Of a stretch of 64,000 bases of DNA, positions 50,043-60,672 are shown piece by piece. Under the pieces are notes generated by a model. It saw only the letters and a program-made list of their open reading frames with translations. It made no database searches and was not told the DNA's origin. The stretch's first letter is position 1; every line of letters starts with the position of its first letter. The DNA is from Vulcanimicrobiota bacterium. Its GTDB lineage: Bacteria; Vulcanimicrobiota; Vulcanimicrobiia; Vulcanimicrobiales; Vulcanimicrobiaceae. The stretch covers positions 960,001 through 1,024,000 of the forward strand of contig CAWETW010000003.1 of the NCBI GenBank assembly GCA_963812155.1, in the 5' to 3' direction. Made by a program: the position numbers and the translations under genes.

Positions 50043-51209
50043 ATGCAAAACTCAAACGTTGCTCTCTACGCATTGAGCATGCGCGCGACTGTTCTCGTAC
50101 TCAATGGCTGTAGCAGCACGACGAACGTCACTCCAACGCAATCCACCCCTTCGATGAAATCTCCCTGCACTTCACGCGCTGCGCATGCTGCCGCGCTGTT
50201 CCTGCCCTCCTGCCTTTCAGATTCGACGAGAAATCAGGGTTCGATTCGATTGGTTGCGAGCGACGGGATGAGTCCCGCAGGCGGCACGCGGCCCGACGGA
50301 ACGTTTACGAATATCGACTTTCCAAACAACGCAAACGGCAACTGGGCCTCCTCTATCGACCAACGCGGCGACATTGTTGGATTCGGCCTCGGCAGCAAAC
50401 ACGCGATCCGATACGCCGGCTATCTCCGGCTCAAGAATGGAAGCTATATCGAGCTGCACGATCCTGACGCCGGAAGCGGACCTGGCCAAGGTACGGCACC
50501 TCTCGGCATTAACCAATGGGGCGACATCGTGGGAGGGTACTTCGATAGCACCAACACCGAGCACGCGTTCCTGCTCCACGGTGGTGTGTATAGAACCTTC
50601 GACGAACCGAACGCTGTGGGTGGGACCACCACGCCGGTGCGCATCGATTCGGCCGGCGACGTCATCGGGAATTACAGTGACGCGAATAACGAACTGCACG
50701 GGTTCGTGAAGCGAGGCCACCATTACACGACCATCGACGATCCATACGGCGGAGTAGGAAACGATTTAGGTACCGAGGCAGGGGACATGAATTCGCATGG
50801 TGTGATCAGCGGCACGTTTTACGATGCGAACAACGTTGCGCACGGCTTCCTGTTTCATGCTGGGAAGTACGTGACGCTGCCGGATCATCGCAAGGCCGGA
50901 TACGGTGGCGGCGAGCAGGGCACGTACGCCTTTGACTTCAATCCATATGGCGGCCTTGTCATGAACTATATAACGAGTGACGGCATCAACTATGGCGCCC
51001 TGCTTTGCAATGGCAAGTACACGGAATTCGACGATCCGCACGCTAAGTACGTACCGGGCCAAGGTTACGGAAGCCAGTTGAATGACGTGGCCGCTGATAA
51101 CGGCGACGGTGTCGGAATGTACTTTGATAGCAACGGCGTTTGGCATTTGTATCTGTATCGCCCGCGCAACGCCCCGGTGCACCGGAGGTGCCGTGAAGAT
51201 CGCGGGTGA
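50043..51209 (+). CDS. Extracellular repeat protein (HAF-repeat-like beta-propeller)
   Basis: About five repeats of DP...GT....IN..GDIVG.Y.D.....H(G/A)F; lower GC. Start may be ATG 50079 (LNG-C). Confidence 0.75.
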   Translation: MQNSNVALYALSMRATVLVLNGCSSTTNVTPTQSTPSMKSPCTSRAAHAAALFLPSCLSDSTRNQGSIRLVASDGMSPAGGTRPDGTFTNIDFPNNANGNWASSIDQRGDIVGFGLGSKHAIRYAGYLRLKNGSYIELHDPDAGSGPGQGTAPLGINQWGDIVGGYFDSTNTEHAFLLHGGVYRTFDEPNAVGGTTTPVRIDSAGDVIGNYSDANNELHGFVKRGHHYTTIDDPYGGVGNDLGTEAGDMNSHGVISGTFYDANNVAHGFLFHAGKYVTLPDHRKAGYGGGEQGTYAFDFNPYGGLVMNYITSDGINYGALLCNGKYTEFDDPHAKYVPGQGYGSQLNDVAADNGDGVGMYFDSNGVWHLYLYRPRNAPVHRRCREDRG

Positions 51210-51274
51210 CCTAAACTGAGCCGGTACACATTCTAGAGTCGAAGGATTGCTCGAGAGAAACGAAAGGACGAAAC

Positions 51275-51819
51275 GTGAAACAACTACGCAATACTGTCGG
51301 CGCCTGTCTTAGTGCTGCGCTCTTAGTCGCGTGCGGCGGCGGCAGCGCCGGGAGTTCACTTAGCTTTGCTTCAAGCGCAATCCCACAACAAGCTGCGCGC
51401 TCGAACGCGAAGGCAGCGACACAGGGCGGTGCTTTCAGTGCGAGCTATTCGGGCAATTACGGTGACACTGCCTGCACAGCGGTTGGTCCCATCAGGGTCA
51501 AGGGTCTTTTCAAATTCATGGGTACGGGTACGGCTTCGTTTCTTGGCTCGAGCACCGAGGACGGGCATTTGGTGACCCACCCCGGGTTGAACCATTGCAA
51601 CGGATCCACGGGACAAGCGACCCTTGCCAGCGCAGGTTCGAAAGACAGAATTGAATGAAGTTGCACTCGGGTGCCTGTACACCAGTTTGTCCAACGGTTC
51701 ACTTTAAGGTTACCGGCGGAGCGGGCGCGTTTTCGAACGCCACAGGCAGCGGAACAGTGACGTTTAGTGCTGCGCGTAACAGTTACACCGATGTCTGGGC
51801 GGGCACCGTTTACTACTAG
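51275..51819 (+). CDS. Hypothetical lipoprotein split by a 1-nt frameshift at ~51655
   Basis: LVA-C lipobox, SD AAAGGA; continues as MKLHSG...VTGGAGAFSNATGSGTVTF...WAGTVYY* (51655-51819). Confidence 0.7.
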
Positions 51820-51954
51820 TCGACTTAGAAGTTGGCGGCCGAGCGCACGTGCAGTCCCTCGCGGCAGAAACATCGATGCGATCGCGCTTCGTGCTGAGCG
51901 AGTAAAAAGCGACGTCGAAACGGGACGCGGGTCGCAGGGTCGAAGGAAGCGGCA

Positions 51955-52395
51955 ATGATTCGCAGCGTGCTGGTAGCCACCGACGGATCGGAAGCGTCCA
52001 TGGCGGCCGTGCGTACCGCCGTTGAGTTGACGGCATCGTTAGGCGGGGAGGCGCGGCTGCACGTGGCCGCGGTGGTCGATTACGCGGGCGTGCCGGGCGT
52101 GTTTGCCAAGCAGCCGCCCGCGGCGCCGGATCTGCTAAGCGAGGAGGCCTCAACCGCACTCGAGCTGGCGGGTCAGATTCTCGCGGAGGCGGCCGTGCCG
52201 GCCGAGCGCCATCTGCTGCACGGCGAGGTGGTCGAGGCGTTGCTGAGATGTGCGGCCGAAAACGCGGTCGACATTCTCGTCGCAGGGTTTCATGGAAGAA
52301 ACCGGTTGGCAAGGTTGGTCATGGGCAGCGTCGTCGGCAAGTTGGTCCGGTCGACGCACTTGCCGGTCGTCGTCGTGCGCGCTGCGGATGCATGA
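51955..52395 (+). CDS. Universal stress protein
   Basis: VLVATDGSEAS; DILVAGFHGR...MGSVV.KLVR....PVVVV. Confidence 0.93.
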   Translation: MIRSVLVATDGSEASMAAVRTAVELTASLGGEARLHVAAVVDYAGVPGVFAKQPPAAPDLLSEEASTALELAGQILAEAAVPAERHLLHGEVVEALLRCAAENAVDILVAGFHGRNRLARLVMGSVVGKLVRSTHLPVVVVRAADA

Positions 52396-52425
52396 CATGG
52401 AGGCGGGTTCCCGGAAGGGGCGGAC

Positions 52426-54249
52426 ATGAGTACGTATCGAGCGCCGGTGCGCGACATGCAGTTCGTTTTGCGCGAACTCGCCGATATCGAAGAGATTGCA
52501 AAACTTCCCGGTTGCGAAGAAACGCTCGACGTTCTCGATTCGATTCTCGAAGAAGCGGCGGCGTTTGCTGCAGGCGTCCTCGATCCGCTCAATCGCATTG
52601 CCGATACGGAAGGCTGCACCTTCGCCGACGGTAAGGTGACGACGCCGACCGGCTTCAAAGAAGCGTACAAGAAGTTCGCCGACGCAGGCTGGATCGGTTT
52701 GCCGGTTCCCGAGGAGTACGGCGGCCAGGGGTTGCCGCAAGTCTTGCTCGGACCCACGCTCGAGATGTGGAACGCGGCCAACATCGGCTTTGCGAATGGA
52801 CCGCTGCTCAATCAGGGCGCAATCGAAGCGATCGAACTCAAGGGATCGCAAGAGCAGAAGAAGCGATTCATTCCTAACCTCGTTTCCGGAAAGTGGACGG
52901 GCACGATGTGTCTCACCGAGCCGCAGGCCGGTTCGGATCTCGCGCAGGTGCGCACCAAGGCCGTGCCCGACGGCGACCACTACCGGCTGACCGGTCAAAA
53001 GATTTTCATCACGTTCGGCGAGCACGACATGGCGGAGAACATCATTCACCTCGTTCTCGCGCGGTTGCCGGACGCGCCGGAGGGGACGAAAGGCATTTCG
53101 CTCTTCATCGTGCCGAAGTTCGTCGTCAACGACGACGGCTCGCTCGGCGAGGCCAACGAGATGGTCTGCGCCGGCATCGAGCACAAGCTCGGCATTAACG
53201 GCAACCCGACTTGCACGATGAGCATCGGCGAAGGCGGCAAAGGTGCCGTCGGTTATCTCGTCGGTGAGGCCAACCGCGGCCTAGAGTACATGTTCGTGAT
53301 GATGAACGCGGCGCGGTTTTCGGTGGGCGTTCAAGGCCTCGCGCTGGCCGATCGCGCCTACCAAAGCGCGCTCGAGTACGCCAAGGAACGCGTGCAGGGC
53401 CGCGACGTCAAACCGGGTTCGCGCGCGCCGGAAACGATCGTCAAGCATCCCGACGTACGCCGCATGCTGATGTGGCAGAAGGCGACGATCGAAGCGATGC
53501 GCGCTCTCGCGTACGTCACCGCTGCGTCGCTCGATTTGTCGCAGCGGCATCCCGATGAAAAAGTGCGCAAGGAACATCGCGCCTTCGTCGAGTTCATGAT
53601 CCCGGTCGTGAAGGGCTGGTGCACCGAAAGCGCGGTCGATCTCTGCTCGACGGCGCTGCAGGTCTTCGGCGGCATGGGATACATCGAAGAGACGGGCATC
53701 GCGCAGCAGTATCGCGACGTCCGCATCGTGACGATCTACGAAGGCACGACCGGCATTCAGGCGCTCGACTTAATCGGACGCAAACTCATTCGCGATATGG
53801 GCGCGACCGCGACGTCCATCGGGAAAAAGATGGAGCGCGTCGCCAAAGAGTGCACCGAAAGCGAAAACGCCGACGTGAAGGCGATCGGCTCGGCATTGAG
53901 CGAGGCATTGACGACGCTGAGCGGAGTATCGCAGTGGATCGGCATGAACGCGATGTCCGACTTGCACAAGGCGTTCGCGTGCAGCGTTCCCTACCTGAAA
54001 CTCTGGGGCGTCGTGGCGGGCGGCTGGCAGATGGCGCGCGCGGCACTCGTCGCCGCGGCGCGGATTGCATCGGGCGACGCCGACGCCGAGTTCTACCGCG
54101 CGAAACTGGCGACGGCGAAGTTTTACGCCAGTCACGTGCTGTCGCAGCACCTCTGGATCGCGCACCAGATCAAAGAGGGTTCGGCCGACGTGATGAGCGT
54201 GACCGAGGCGCAGCTCGAGCTCGATCGTAAAACCGCCGTTCCGGTGTAA
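52426..54249 (+). CDS. Acyl-CoA dehydrogenase (long form, DmdC-like)
   Basis: YRAP.RDM.F, GTMCLTEPQAGSDL, G.KIFIT, MNAAR, FGGMGYIEE, IYEGTTGIQA. Confidence 0.95.
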   Translation: MSTYRAPVRDMQFVLRELADIEEIAKLPGCEETLDVLDSILEEAAAFAAGVLDPLNRIADTEGCTFADGKVTTPTGFKEAYKKFADAGWIGLPVPEEYGGQGLPQVLLGPTLEMWNAANIGFANGPLLNQGAIEAIELKGSQEQKKRFIPNLVSGKWTGTMCLTEPQAGSDLAQVRTKAVPDGDHYRLTGQKIFITFGEHDMAENIIHLVLARLPDAPEGTKGISLFIVPKFVVNDDGSLGEANEMVCAGIEHKLGINGNPTCTMSIGEGGKGAVGYLVGEANRGLEYMFVMMNAARFSVGVQGLALADRAYQSALEYAKERVQGRDVKPGSRAPETIVKHPDVRRMLMWQKATIEAMRALAYVTAASLDLSQRHPDEKVRKEHRAFVEFMIPVVKGWCTESAVDLCSTALQVFGGMGYIEETGIAQQYRDVRIVTIYEGTTGIQALDLIGRKLIRDMGATATSIGKKMERVAKECTESENADVKAIGSALSEALTTLSGVSQWIGMNAMSDLHKAFACSVPYLKLWGVVAGGWQMARAALVAAARIASGDADAEFYRAKLATAKFYASHVLSQHLWIAHQIKEGSADVMSVTEAQLELDRKTAVPV

Positions 54250-54250
54250 T

Positions 54251-56347
54251 ATGGCCGGCGTGCAGGTGATTACCCTCGACAATAAGCCGGTCAACGCGCT
54301 GTCGTTCGCGTATTCGAAGCGTTTGCTCGCGGAAATCGAGAGCGCCGAAGCCGACGACGGCGTGAAAGGCGTCGTGTTCGCGGGCGCTAACGGTCTCTTC
54401 AGCGGCGGCGCCGACGTCAACGACTTCAACACCGAAATGCCTGCCGGTGCGAAGACCATTCGCGACGTGATCGCGGCGATCGAGCGCGGACGCAAACTCT
54501 ACGCCGCCGCGATCGACGGCAATGCGCTCGGCGGCGGTCTGGAACTCGCGCTCGCCTGCGACTATCGCGTCGCCACGACGCGCTCGAAAGTGGGCCTGCC
54601 GGAGATCAAACTCGGCCTGCTGCCGGGAGCCGGCGGCACCCAGCGCCTGCCGCGCGCGATCGGTGCGCAAGCCGCGCTCGAGTTCATGCTCAAAGGCAAA
54701 AATCACTCGGCCGAAGACGCCAAGGCGCTCGGCATTCTCGACGACGTGGTCGCCGGCGACGCCGTGGGCGTCGCGCGTGCCTGGGTGGAAGGGGCAACCG
54801 AGCGCCGGCGCCTCTCCGCTCGGGACGCGATTATCGGCAAAGATATTCCGGCGCAAGCCGGTCCGTTCGTGGTTTCTCAAGCGCATAAGATGGTGCCGCC
54901 CGAAAGCAACGGCGGTTTCGCGGCGCACAAGCTGATAGACGCGGTTGCGGCATCGGTCGAGCTGCCGTTTTCGTTCGGGCTCGCGCGCGAGGCGCGGCTC
55001 TTCGACGAACTGGTGCGTTCGGCGCCGTCGTTTGCGTTGCGGCACCTATTCTTCGCGCAGCGCGAGCTCGACAAGATTCCCGGTCTACCGCCCGCAGAGC
55101 CGATGCCGGTTGCGAAAGCGGGCGTCGTCGGCGCCGGCACGATGGGCAGCGGCATCGCGATTGCGTTCGCGCAAGCCGGCATTCCGGTGACGGTCGTCGA
55201 TTCCAACGACGACGCGGTCGACAACGCGCGCCAGACCGTCATGGGCATGTTCATGTATCAAGTGCAGAAAGGGCGGCTCACACAGGAAGAGGCGTGGCAG
55301 CGCGGACAGTCGATCGTCTTTTCGGACGACGTTGCGGATCTCGGCGACGCGGACGTCGTAGTCGAGGCCGTCTTCGAGGATCTCGACGTGAAGAAAGACG
55401 TGTTCGAGCGCCTCGACGCAATCGCCAAACCGCAAGCGATCCTCGCGACGAATACCTCGACGCTGGACGTGGATGCGATGGCGGCGGTCACCTCACGCCC
55501 CGAGCGTTTCGTCGGCCTGCATTTCTTCGTTCCGGCGAACATCATGCCGCTGCTGGAGATCGTGCGCGGCGCAAAAACGTCGGCGGAAACGATTGCCACG
55601 GCATTTGCAATCGGCAAGACGTTGCGCAAGACGTCCGTGCTTTCGGCTAATGCCTTCGGCTTCATCGGCAACCGGATGATCTTCGATTACGCGCGCGAAG
55701 CGATCGCGCTCGCCGAGGAAGGCGTTCCGCCGTCGCGCGTGGACGCCGTGATGAAGGCGTTCGGATTCCCGATGGGGCCGTTTGCGATGTCGGATCTTTC
55801 CGGCATCGACGTTGCGTGGCATATTGCAAAATCGCGCGGTCGGGATGGTGCGAGCCGCACGCGCGTCATCGAGCGGCTCGTCGAGATGAAGCGGTTGGGC
55901 CAGAAGACGATGGCGGGATACTTCAAGTACGACAAGGCGGTCGGCAAGGGCCGCGAGCCGATTCCCGATCCGGAAATCGAAGCGCTCTTTGCCGAGGAAG
56001 CCCGGGGCGCCGGCGTCGCGCCGCGGCCGGCCGGCGACGACGACATTCGCGACCGGTTGTTGTACGCGCTCGTGAATCGCGGTTCGCATCTGCTCGACGA
56101 CGGCGTCGCATTGCGTCCCGGCGACATCGACATCGTCTACGTGTACGGCTACGGGTTTCCGCCGCATCGCGGCGGTCCGATGTGGTACGCCGACGAGGTG
56201 GGCGTCGATACGGTCTACGAGCGCGTCAAGCAGTTTTGCGAGGAGTTCGGGCCGCAGTGGACGCCGGCGCCGCTGTTGACGTCGATTGCAGAATCGGGCG
56301 GCACGTTCGCGCAACACGTACCGCCGCGAGAGTTCGCTCATGCGTGA
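54251..56347 (+). CDS. Bifunctional enoyl-CoA hydratase / 3-hydroxyacyl-CoA dehydrogenase
   Basis: [53 protein letters not shown]. Confidence 0.95.
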   Translation: MAGVQVITLDNKPVNALSFAYSKRLLAEIESAEADDGVKGVVFAGANGLFSGGADVNDFNTEMPAGAKTIRDVIAAIERGRKLYAAAIDGNALGGGLELALACDYRVATTRSKVGLPEIKLGLLPGAGGTQRLPRAIGAQAALEFMLKGKNHSAEDAKALGILDDVVAGDAVGVARAWVEGATERRRLSARDAIIGKDIPAQAGPFVVSQAHKMVPPESNGGFAAHKLIDAVAASVELPFSFGLAREARLFDELVRSAPSFALRHLFFAQRELDKIPGLPPAEPMPVAKAGVVGAGTMGSGIAIAFAQAGIPVTVVDSNDDAVDNARQTVMGMFMYQVQKGRLTQEEAWQRGQSIVFSDDVADLGDADVVVEAVFEDLDVKKDVFERLDAIAKPQAILATNTSTLDVDAMAAVTSRPERFVGLHFFVPANIMPLLEIVRGAKTSAETIATAFAIGKTLRKTSVLSANAFGFIGNRMIFDYAREAIALAEEGVPPSRVDAVMKAFGFPMGPFAMSDLSGIDVAWHIAKSRGRDGASRTRVIERLVEMKRLGQKTMAGYFKYDKAVGKGREPIPDPEIEALFAEEARGAGVAPRPAGDDDIRDRLLYALVNRGSHLLDDGVALRPGDIDIVYVYGYGFPPHRGGPMWYADEVGVDTVYERVKQFCEEFGPQWTPAPLLTSIAESGGTFAQHVPPREFAHA

Positions 56348-57526
56348 AGCGGTGATCGTCTCGGCGGCGCGTACGCCGATCGGGCGCGCGTTTCGCGGCG
56401 CGTTCAATCAGACGCCCGGAGCAACCATGGCGGGACACGTCGTGAAGCACGCGATGGAGCGTGCGGCAGTCGATCCCGCGGACGTCGACGACGTCGTCAT
56501 CGGTACCGGTCTCCCCGAAGGCGCGACCGGCAACAACATCGGGCGCACGGCCGCGCTGCGCGCGGGGTGTCCGGTGAGCGTTGCGGGGCAGACCGTGAGC
56601 CGCTACTGCGCGTCGGGACTCGACGCGATTGCATCGGCCGCGATGCGCGTGATGGCCGACGGCGCGGGGATCGTCGTGGCCGGCGGCGTCGAGTCGGTCA
56701 GCATGGTGCAGAGCCACCTCAACATGAAGTTCTACACCGAGGAGTGGCTGCTGCGCCATACGCCCGACGTCTACATGCCGATGCTGTACACGGCCGACAA
56801 CGTCGCCAAGAAGTACGACGTCTCGCGGGAGCGCCAAGACGAGTACGCGCTGCAGAGCCAGCAGCGCACGGCGCCGCGCAGACTGCCGGGCGGTTCGATG
56901 CGGAAATCGTGACGCTGCCGTCGTGGAAGTACGTGCAGCAGAAAGAGACCGGTGCGGTGAGCGAAGAGCACGTCGTCCTCGAGAAAGACGAAGGAAATCG
57001 TCCGGAGACGACGCTCGAGGCGCTGCAAAAGCTGCCGGGTGCGGTTCCGGGAATCAAAGATACGACGGTTACCGCCGGCAACAGTTCGCAACTCTCGGAC
57101 GGTGCGGCGGCGGTGGTGGTGATGGAGGCGACGCTTGCGCGCGAGCGCGGGCTTACGCCGCTCGGAACGTTTCGCGGTTTTGCGGTCGCCGGATGCGATC
57201 CGGGCGAGATGGGCATCGGCCCGGTATATGCAGTTCCGAAGCTGCTCGCGCAGCACGGCGTGACGATGGACGACGTCGGACTATGGGAGTTGAACGAAGC
57301 GTTCGCCGTGCAGACGGTCTACTGTCGCGACGCGCTCGGCATTCCGAACGATCGCTTCAACGTCGACGGCGGAGCCATCTCGATCGGGCATCCGTACGGA
57401 ATGAGCGGAACGCGCATGACCATGCACGCGCTGATCGAAGGCAAGCGCCGCGGCGTTAGGTACGTCGTCGTGACGATGTGCGTCGGCGGCGGCATGGGCG
57501 CCGCCGCCTTGTTTGAAATCGCGTAG
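56340..57526 (+). CDS. Acetyl-CoA C-acyltransferase (thiolase); single frameshift near 56870
   Basis: [43 protein letters not shown]. Confidence 0.93.
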
Positions 57527-57557
57527 CGGCGCTACGCAGTTCAGACGATGAGGTAAC

Positions 57558-57842
57558 CTATTTCGCCGAGTAAGCGATGCAGTAACCGTTGGGACTGATG
57601 GAGCCTTCGACGATTTTGCAACCGCCGTCGGCGGTCGCCGTCTTGCCGGGAACGTAGAACGTACAGCCGGAGCACTTTTTGCTTCCGTTTGGTTTGTCTT
57701 GGTATTTGAATTGCGTTTTCGAGCCTTTGGCCGCACGCGCGGGAGCGCTTGCGGCGGCGTAAATGACGCCCGCGAGAGCGGGTAGGATGACGGCGGCCTT
57801 GACGAAATCGGCGCGCGAGACGGATTCGTGGCGATCGTTCAT
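57558..57842 (-). CDS. High-potential iron-sulfur protein (HiPIP, short Iro-like type)
   Basis: YQDKP...CSGC.FY...C..V.G.ISPNGYC (4 Cys); Tat-like leader ending ARA; SD GGAGG. Confidence 0.88.
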   Translation of the reverse strand: MNDRHESVSRADFVKAAVILPALAGVIYAAASAPARAAKGSKTQFKYQDKPNGSKKCSGCTFYVPGKTATADGGCKIVEGSISPNGYCIAYSAK

Positions 57843-58029
57843 GTGTGAGCCTCCCGTCCTAGAGAATACCCGGACGAACCAGGGCCGCCTCCTTCGAGGG
57901 CCTTTGATGCCGAAAAAGTCTGAGCGGCGGGCGCTTGGAATGCTCGGAATCCGCTTGCTCGGCTAGGGGCGCGGCCCTTGGTGGAGAAGCCAGCCGCTAG
58001 CTTTTTTCACACAAAGGAACTACGCAACG

Positions 58030-58602
58030 ATGAAACTGTTTCGTTCAGCGTCGCGGCTGCTCGCGCTGGGTTTGGCGGCGGGACTCCCCATGGCGGCGGT
58101 CGCGCAAACCTCGTCGGGATCGACCGTTTCGGTCACGAACGCGGCTCCCCATCACATTACGACGCCGCATCCGGTAAGGATCGGCACCTGCAATCCGCAA
58201 CGCAACACGTACATGTCCGGCGGGTACGCGCCGGGATACTGGCCGGGCGGCCCTACTTGGGGCTGGCCGAGCGTGTACGGCTACAACTACTACTCGTATC
58301 CGGTCCAGGGCAATCCGACGCTCAGTATCGATTATACGAACGTCACGAACGTCGTGATGAAGGATATCGAGTTCGGGCTGATCGCTCACGGCAACATGGT
58401 CGCTGAGGTTCGCGACGTCGGCACGTTCTCGCCCGGTGCCGAGATCAAGCACCAGTTCGGTTTGAGCCCGAACGTCTTTCCCCTCAGCACCTCGATGGTC
58501 GAGTGCGTGCCGCTGAAGATCACCTTCGTCGACGGCAGCAAGTGGAAGAACCCGCACTTGCCTGCGCTCCGGCGGAGCATCTACGGCACCACAAAGTACT
58601 AG
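58030..58602 (+). CDS. Secreted hypothetical protein
   Basis: Signal peptide (AVA-Q), SD AAGGA, Tyr/Gly/Trp-rich segment, DVGTFSPGAEIKH. Confidence 0.78.
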   Translation: MKLFRSASRLLALGLAAGLPMAAVAQTSSGSTVSVTNAAPHHITTPHPVRIGTCNPQRNTYMSGGYAPGYWPGGPTWGWPSVYGYNYYSYPVQGNPTLSIDYTNVTNVVMKDIEFGLIAHGNMVAEVRDVGTFSPGAEIKHQFGLSPNVFPLSTSMVECVPLKITFVDGSKWKNPHLPALRRSIYGTTKY

Positions 58603-58629
58603 AACGGCGAAGCGCGCCGGATAACGCGA

Positions 58630-58655
58630 GCGCGCGGCCCGAGAGGGCCGCGCGC
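58630..58655. terminator. Perfect 11-bp GC hairpin (terminator or stabiliser)
   Basis: GCGCGCGGCCC-GAGA-GGGCCGCGCGC between 58602 and gdh; weak U-tract. Confidence 0.5.
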
Positions 58656-58704
58656 TATGCGTTTCAAAGCAATCCGTAACGCAACGCAACTGAAGGGAGC
58701 CGGA

Positions 58705-59976
58705 ATGGCACAGGACACCTCCGCGGTCCAAGCGGTCGACAACGTCTGGGAAATGGCCAAGCAGCAACTCGACGAGGTTGCAAAGCTCATCGGGCTAAAC
58801 GAATCCATTCACGGCTATTTGCGCCAGCCCAAGCGCGTGCTCGAGGTGTCGGTGCCGGCGCGCATGGACAACGGAAGTTTCCGTATGTTCACCGGCTATC
58901 GCGTGCAGCACAATATGGCGCGCGGGCCGGGCAAGGGCGGCATTCGGTTTCATCCGGACGTGACGTTGGACGAAATCAAGGCGCTCGCGATGTGGATGAC
59001 GTGGAAGTGCGCGCTGGTCAACATTCCGTTCGGCGGGGCCAAAGGCGGCGTGATCTGCGATCCCAAGAACATGTCGACGCAAGAGCTGGAGAACCTCACG
59101 CGCCGGTTCACGAGCGAGATCGCGCTGATCATCGGCCCGGAGAAAGACATTCCGGCGCCCGACGTCTACACCACCCCGCAGATCATGGCGTGGATCATGG
59201 ATACGTACTCGATGCAGGCGGGTTTTTCGATTCCCGGCGTCGTTACCGGCAAACCGATTTCAATCGGCGGGTCGCTCGGGCGCGACAAGGCGACGGCGCG
59301 CGGGTGCCTGTACTGCACCGACGAGGCAATGGCGGTGATCGGAAAGCCGATCGAGGGCGCGCGCGTGGCGATTCAAGGCTTCGGAAATGCCGGCATGTAC
59401 GCGGCGCAGTTGATGGACGAGCGCGGCTATAGCGTCGTCGCGGTTTCGGATTCACAAGGCGGCGTCGCGAACCCTAAGGGCCTCGACATTCGCAAAGTCA
59501 CGGCACATAAGTTCGAGACGGGGTCGATCGTCGGATTCACCGGCGGCGAGCGCATCGACAATCGCGAGGTGCTCGAATACGACTGCGACGTGCTCGTGCC
59601 CGCGGCGCTCGAAAAGGTCATCACGGCCGAGAACGCGCCCCGCATCAAGGCGCGGATCGTGGCCGAAGCGGCCAACGGGCCGACGCTGCCCGAAGCGGAC
59701 GATATTCTGTTCGAACGCGGTGTCGTGGTGCTTCCCGACATTCTCGCAAACGCGGGAGGCGTCACCGTGTCGTACTTCGAGTGGGTTCAGGATCTTCAGG
59801 CGAACTTCTGGGAAGAAGACGAAATCAACGAGCGCCTCAAGCGCATCATTACGCGCGCGTTCCGCGAGGCGCACGAACAAGCCAAGCGCCACGGCGTGTC
59901 GATGCGCAAAGGTGCGTATGCCGTGGCGGTCGATCGCGTTGCCGAGGCGACGAAGCTGCGGGGATTGTACCCCTAA
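58705..59976 (+). CDS. gdhA: Glu/Leu/Phe/Val dehydrogenase (glutamate dehydrogenase)
   Basis: GPGKGGIRF, MTWKCA, GGAKGG, DIPAPD, QGFGNAG, ANAGGV.VSYFEW. Confidence 0.93.
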   Translation: MAQDTSAVQAVDNVWEMAKQQLDEVAKLIGLNESIHGYLRQPKRVLEVSVPARMDNGSFRMFTGYRVQHNMARGPGKGGIRFHPDVTLDEIKALAMWMTWKCALVNIPFGGAKGGVICDPKNMSTQELENLTRRFTSEIALIIGPEKDIPAPDVYTTPQIMAWIMDTYSMQAGFSIPGVVTGKPISIGGSLGRDKATARGCLYCTDEAMAVIGKPIEGARVAIQGFGNAGMYAAQLMDERGYSVVAVSDSQGGVANPKGLDIRKVTAHKFETGSIVGFTGGERIDNREVLEYDCDVLVPAALEKVITAENAPRIKARIVAEAANGPTLPEADDILFERGVVVLPDILANAGGVTVSYFEWVQDLQANFWEEDEINERLKRIITRAFREAHEQAKRHGVSMRKGAYAVAVDRVAEATKLRGLYP

Positions 59977-59979
59977 GAC

Positions 59980-60021
59980 GTCCTTCGCCCTGCGCCGCCG
60001 CTCGGCTTCGCTCAGGGTAAC
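59980..60021 (+). repeat. REP-like dispersed repeat, intergenic
   Basis: gtCCTTCGcC ctgc GCCG-ccgct-CGGC TTCGCTCAGGGTAAC. Confidence 0.78.
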
Positions 60022-60036
60022 GCTGAGGGCTGACGT

Positions 60037-60666
60037 ATGGGAGCGCAGCTTGGATTTTTCGGCGACGGGCGCCGCATGCTGGTTGACGACGCGAGCGGCT
60101 CGATATGGTATCAGCCGGCGTGCGTCGATCCGGCGACGGCTTCGCGCTGGTTCGAGCATTTGCGTGAAAGCGTTTCGTGGAACGCGCAACGTCGCGTCAT
60201 GTACGACCGGGAAGTTGACGTCCCGCGCTTGACGTCCGGATATAGGCTCGATGCGCAGGACGTGCCGGACGAGCTCGCGGAGGCTGCCGCACGCGTCGTT
60301 GCGGTGACCGGCGTTGCGTTCACCAATGCGGGATTGAACCTCTACCGCGACGGGCACGATAGCGTCGCACCGCATAACGACCATTTATACGAAATCGTCG
60401 AAGGCTATCCGATTGCACTGCTCTCGCTGGGAGCGACGCGGCGCATGACGATCCGCAGCAAGACGCGTCCGCGGCGCGTCCTCGACGTGGATTTGGAGCA
60501 CGGCAGCTTGCTCGTCATGAGTTACGAAACGCAGAGGTATTACGATCACGGCGTTCCGAAGGTCGCGGCGGCCGTCGGGGCGCGCATCAGCTTGGCGTTT
60601 CGCGTGCGCCCTTCGACGTCGCGCCCTCCGGGCGCTTTGCTCAGGGTGACACAGATTGAGGCGTAA
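60037..60666 (+). CDS. AlkB-family 2OG-Fe(II) dioxygenase (ALKBH2/3-like)
   Basis: VPRLT, NLYRDGHDSVAPHND (HxD), SLGATR, H.VPK, RISLAFR. Confidence 0.92.
   Translation: MGAQLGFFGDGRRMLVDDASGSIWYQPACVDPATASRWFEHLRESVSWNAQRRVMYDREVDVPRLTSGYRLDAQDVPDELAEAAARVVAVTGVAFTNAGLNLYRDGHDSVAPHNDHLYEIVEGYPIALLSLGATRRMTIRSKTRPRRVLDVDLEHGSLLVMSYETQRYYDHGVPKVAAAVGARISLAFRVRPSTSRPPGALLRVTQIEA
60609..60652 (+). repeat. REP-like dispersed repeat inside the 3' end of the AlkB-family gene
   Basis: CCCTTCGAC gtc GCGCCC-tcc-GGGCGC TTTGCTCAGGGTGACAC. Confidence 0.8.
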
Positions 60667-60672
60667 CGGCAC

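Noticed and set aside
56860..56915. Thiolase split into two ORFs
   Set aside because: A single indel in an otherwise intact gene of an intact operon; probably a sequencing error.
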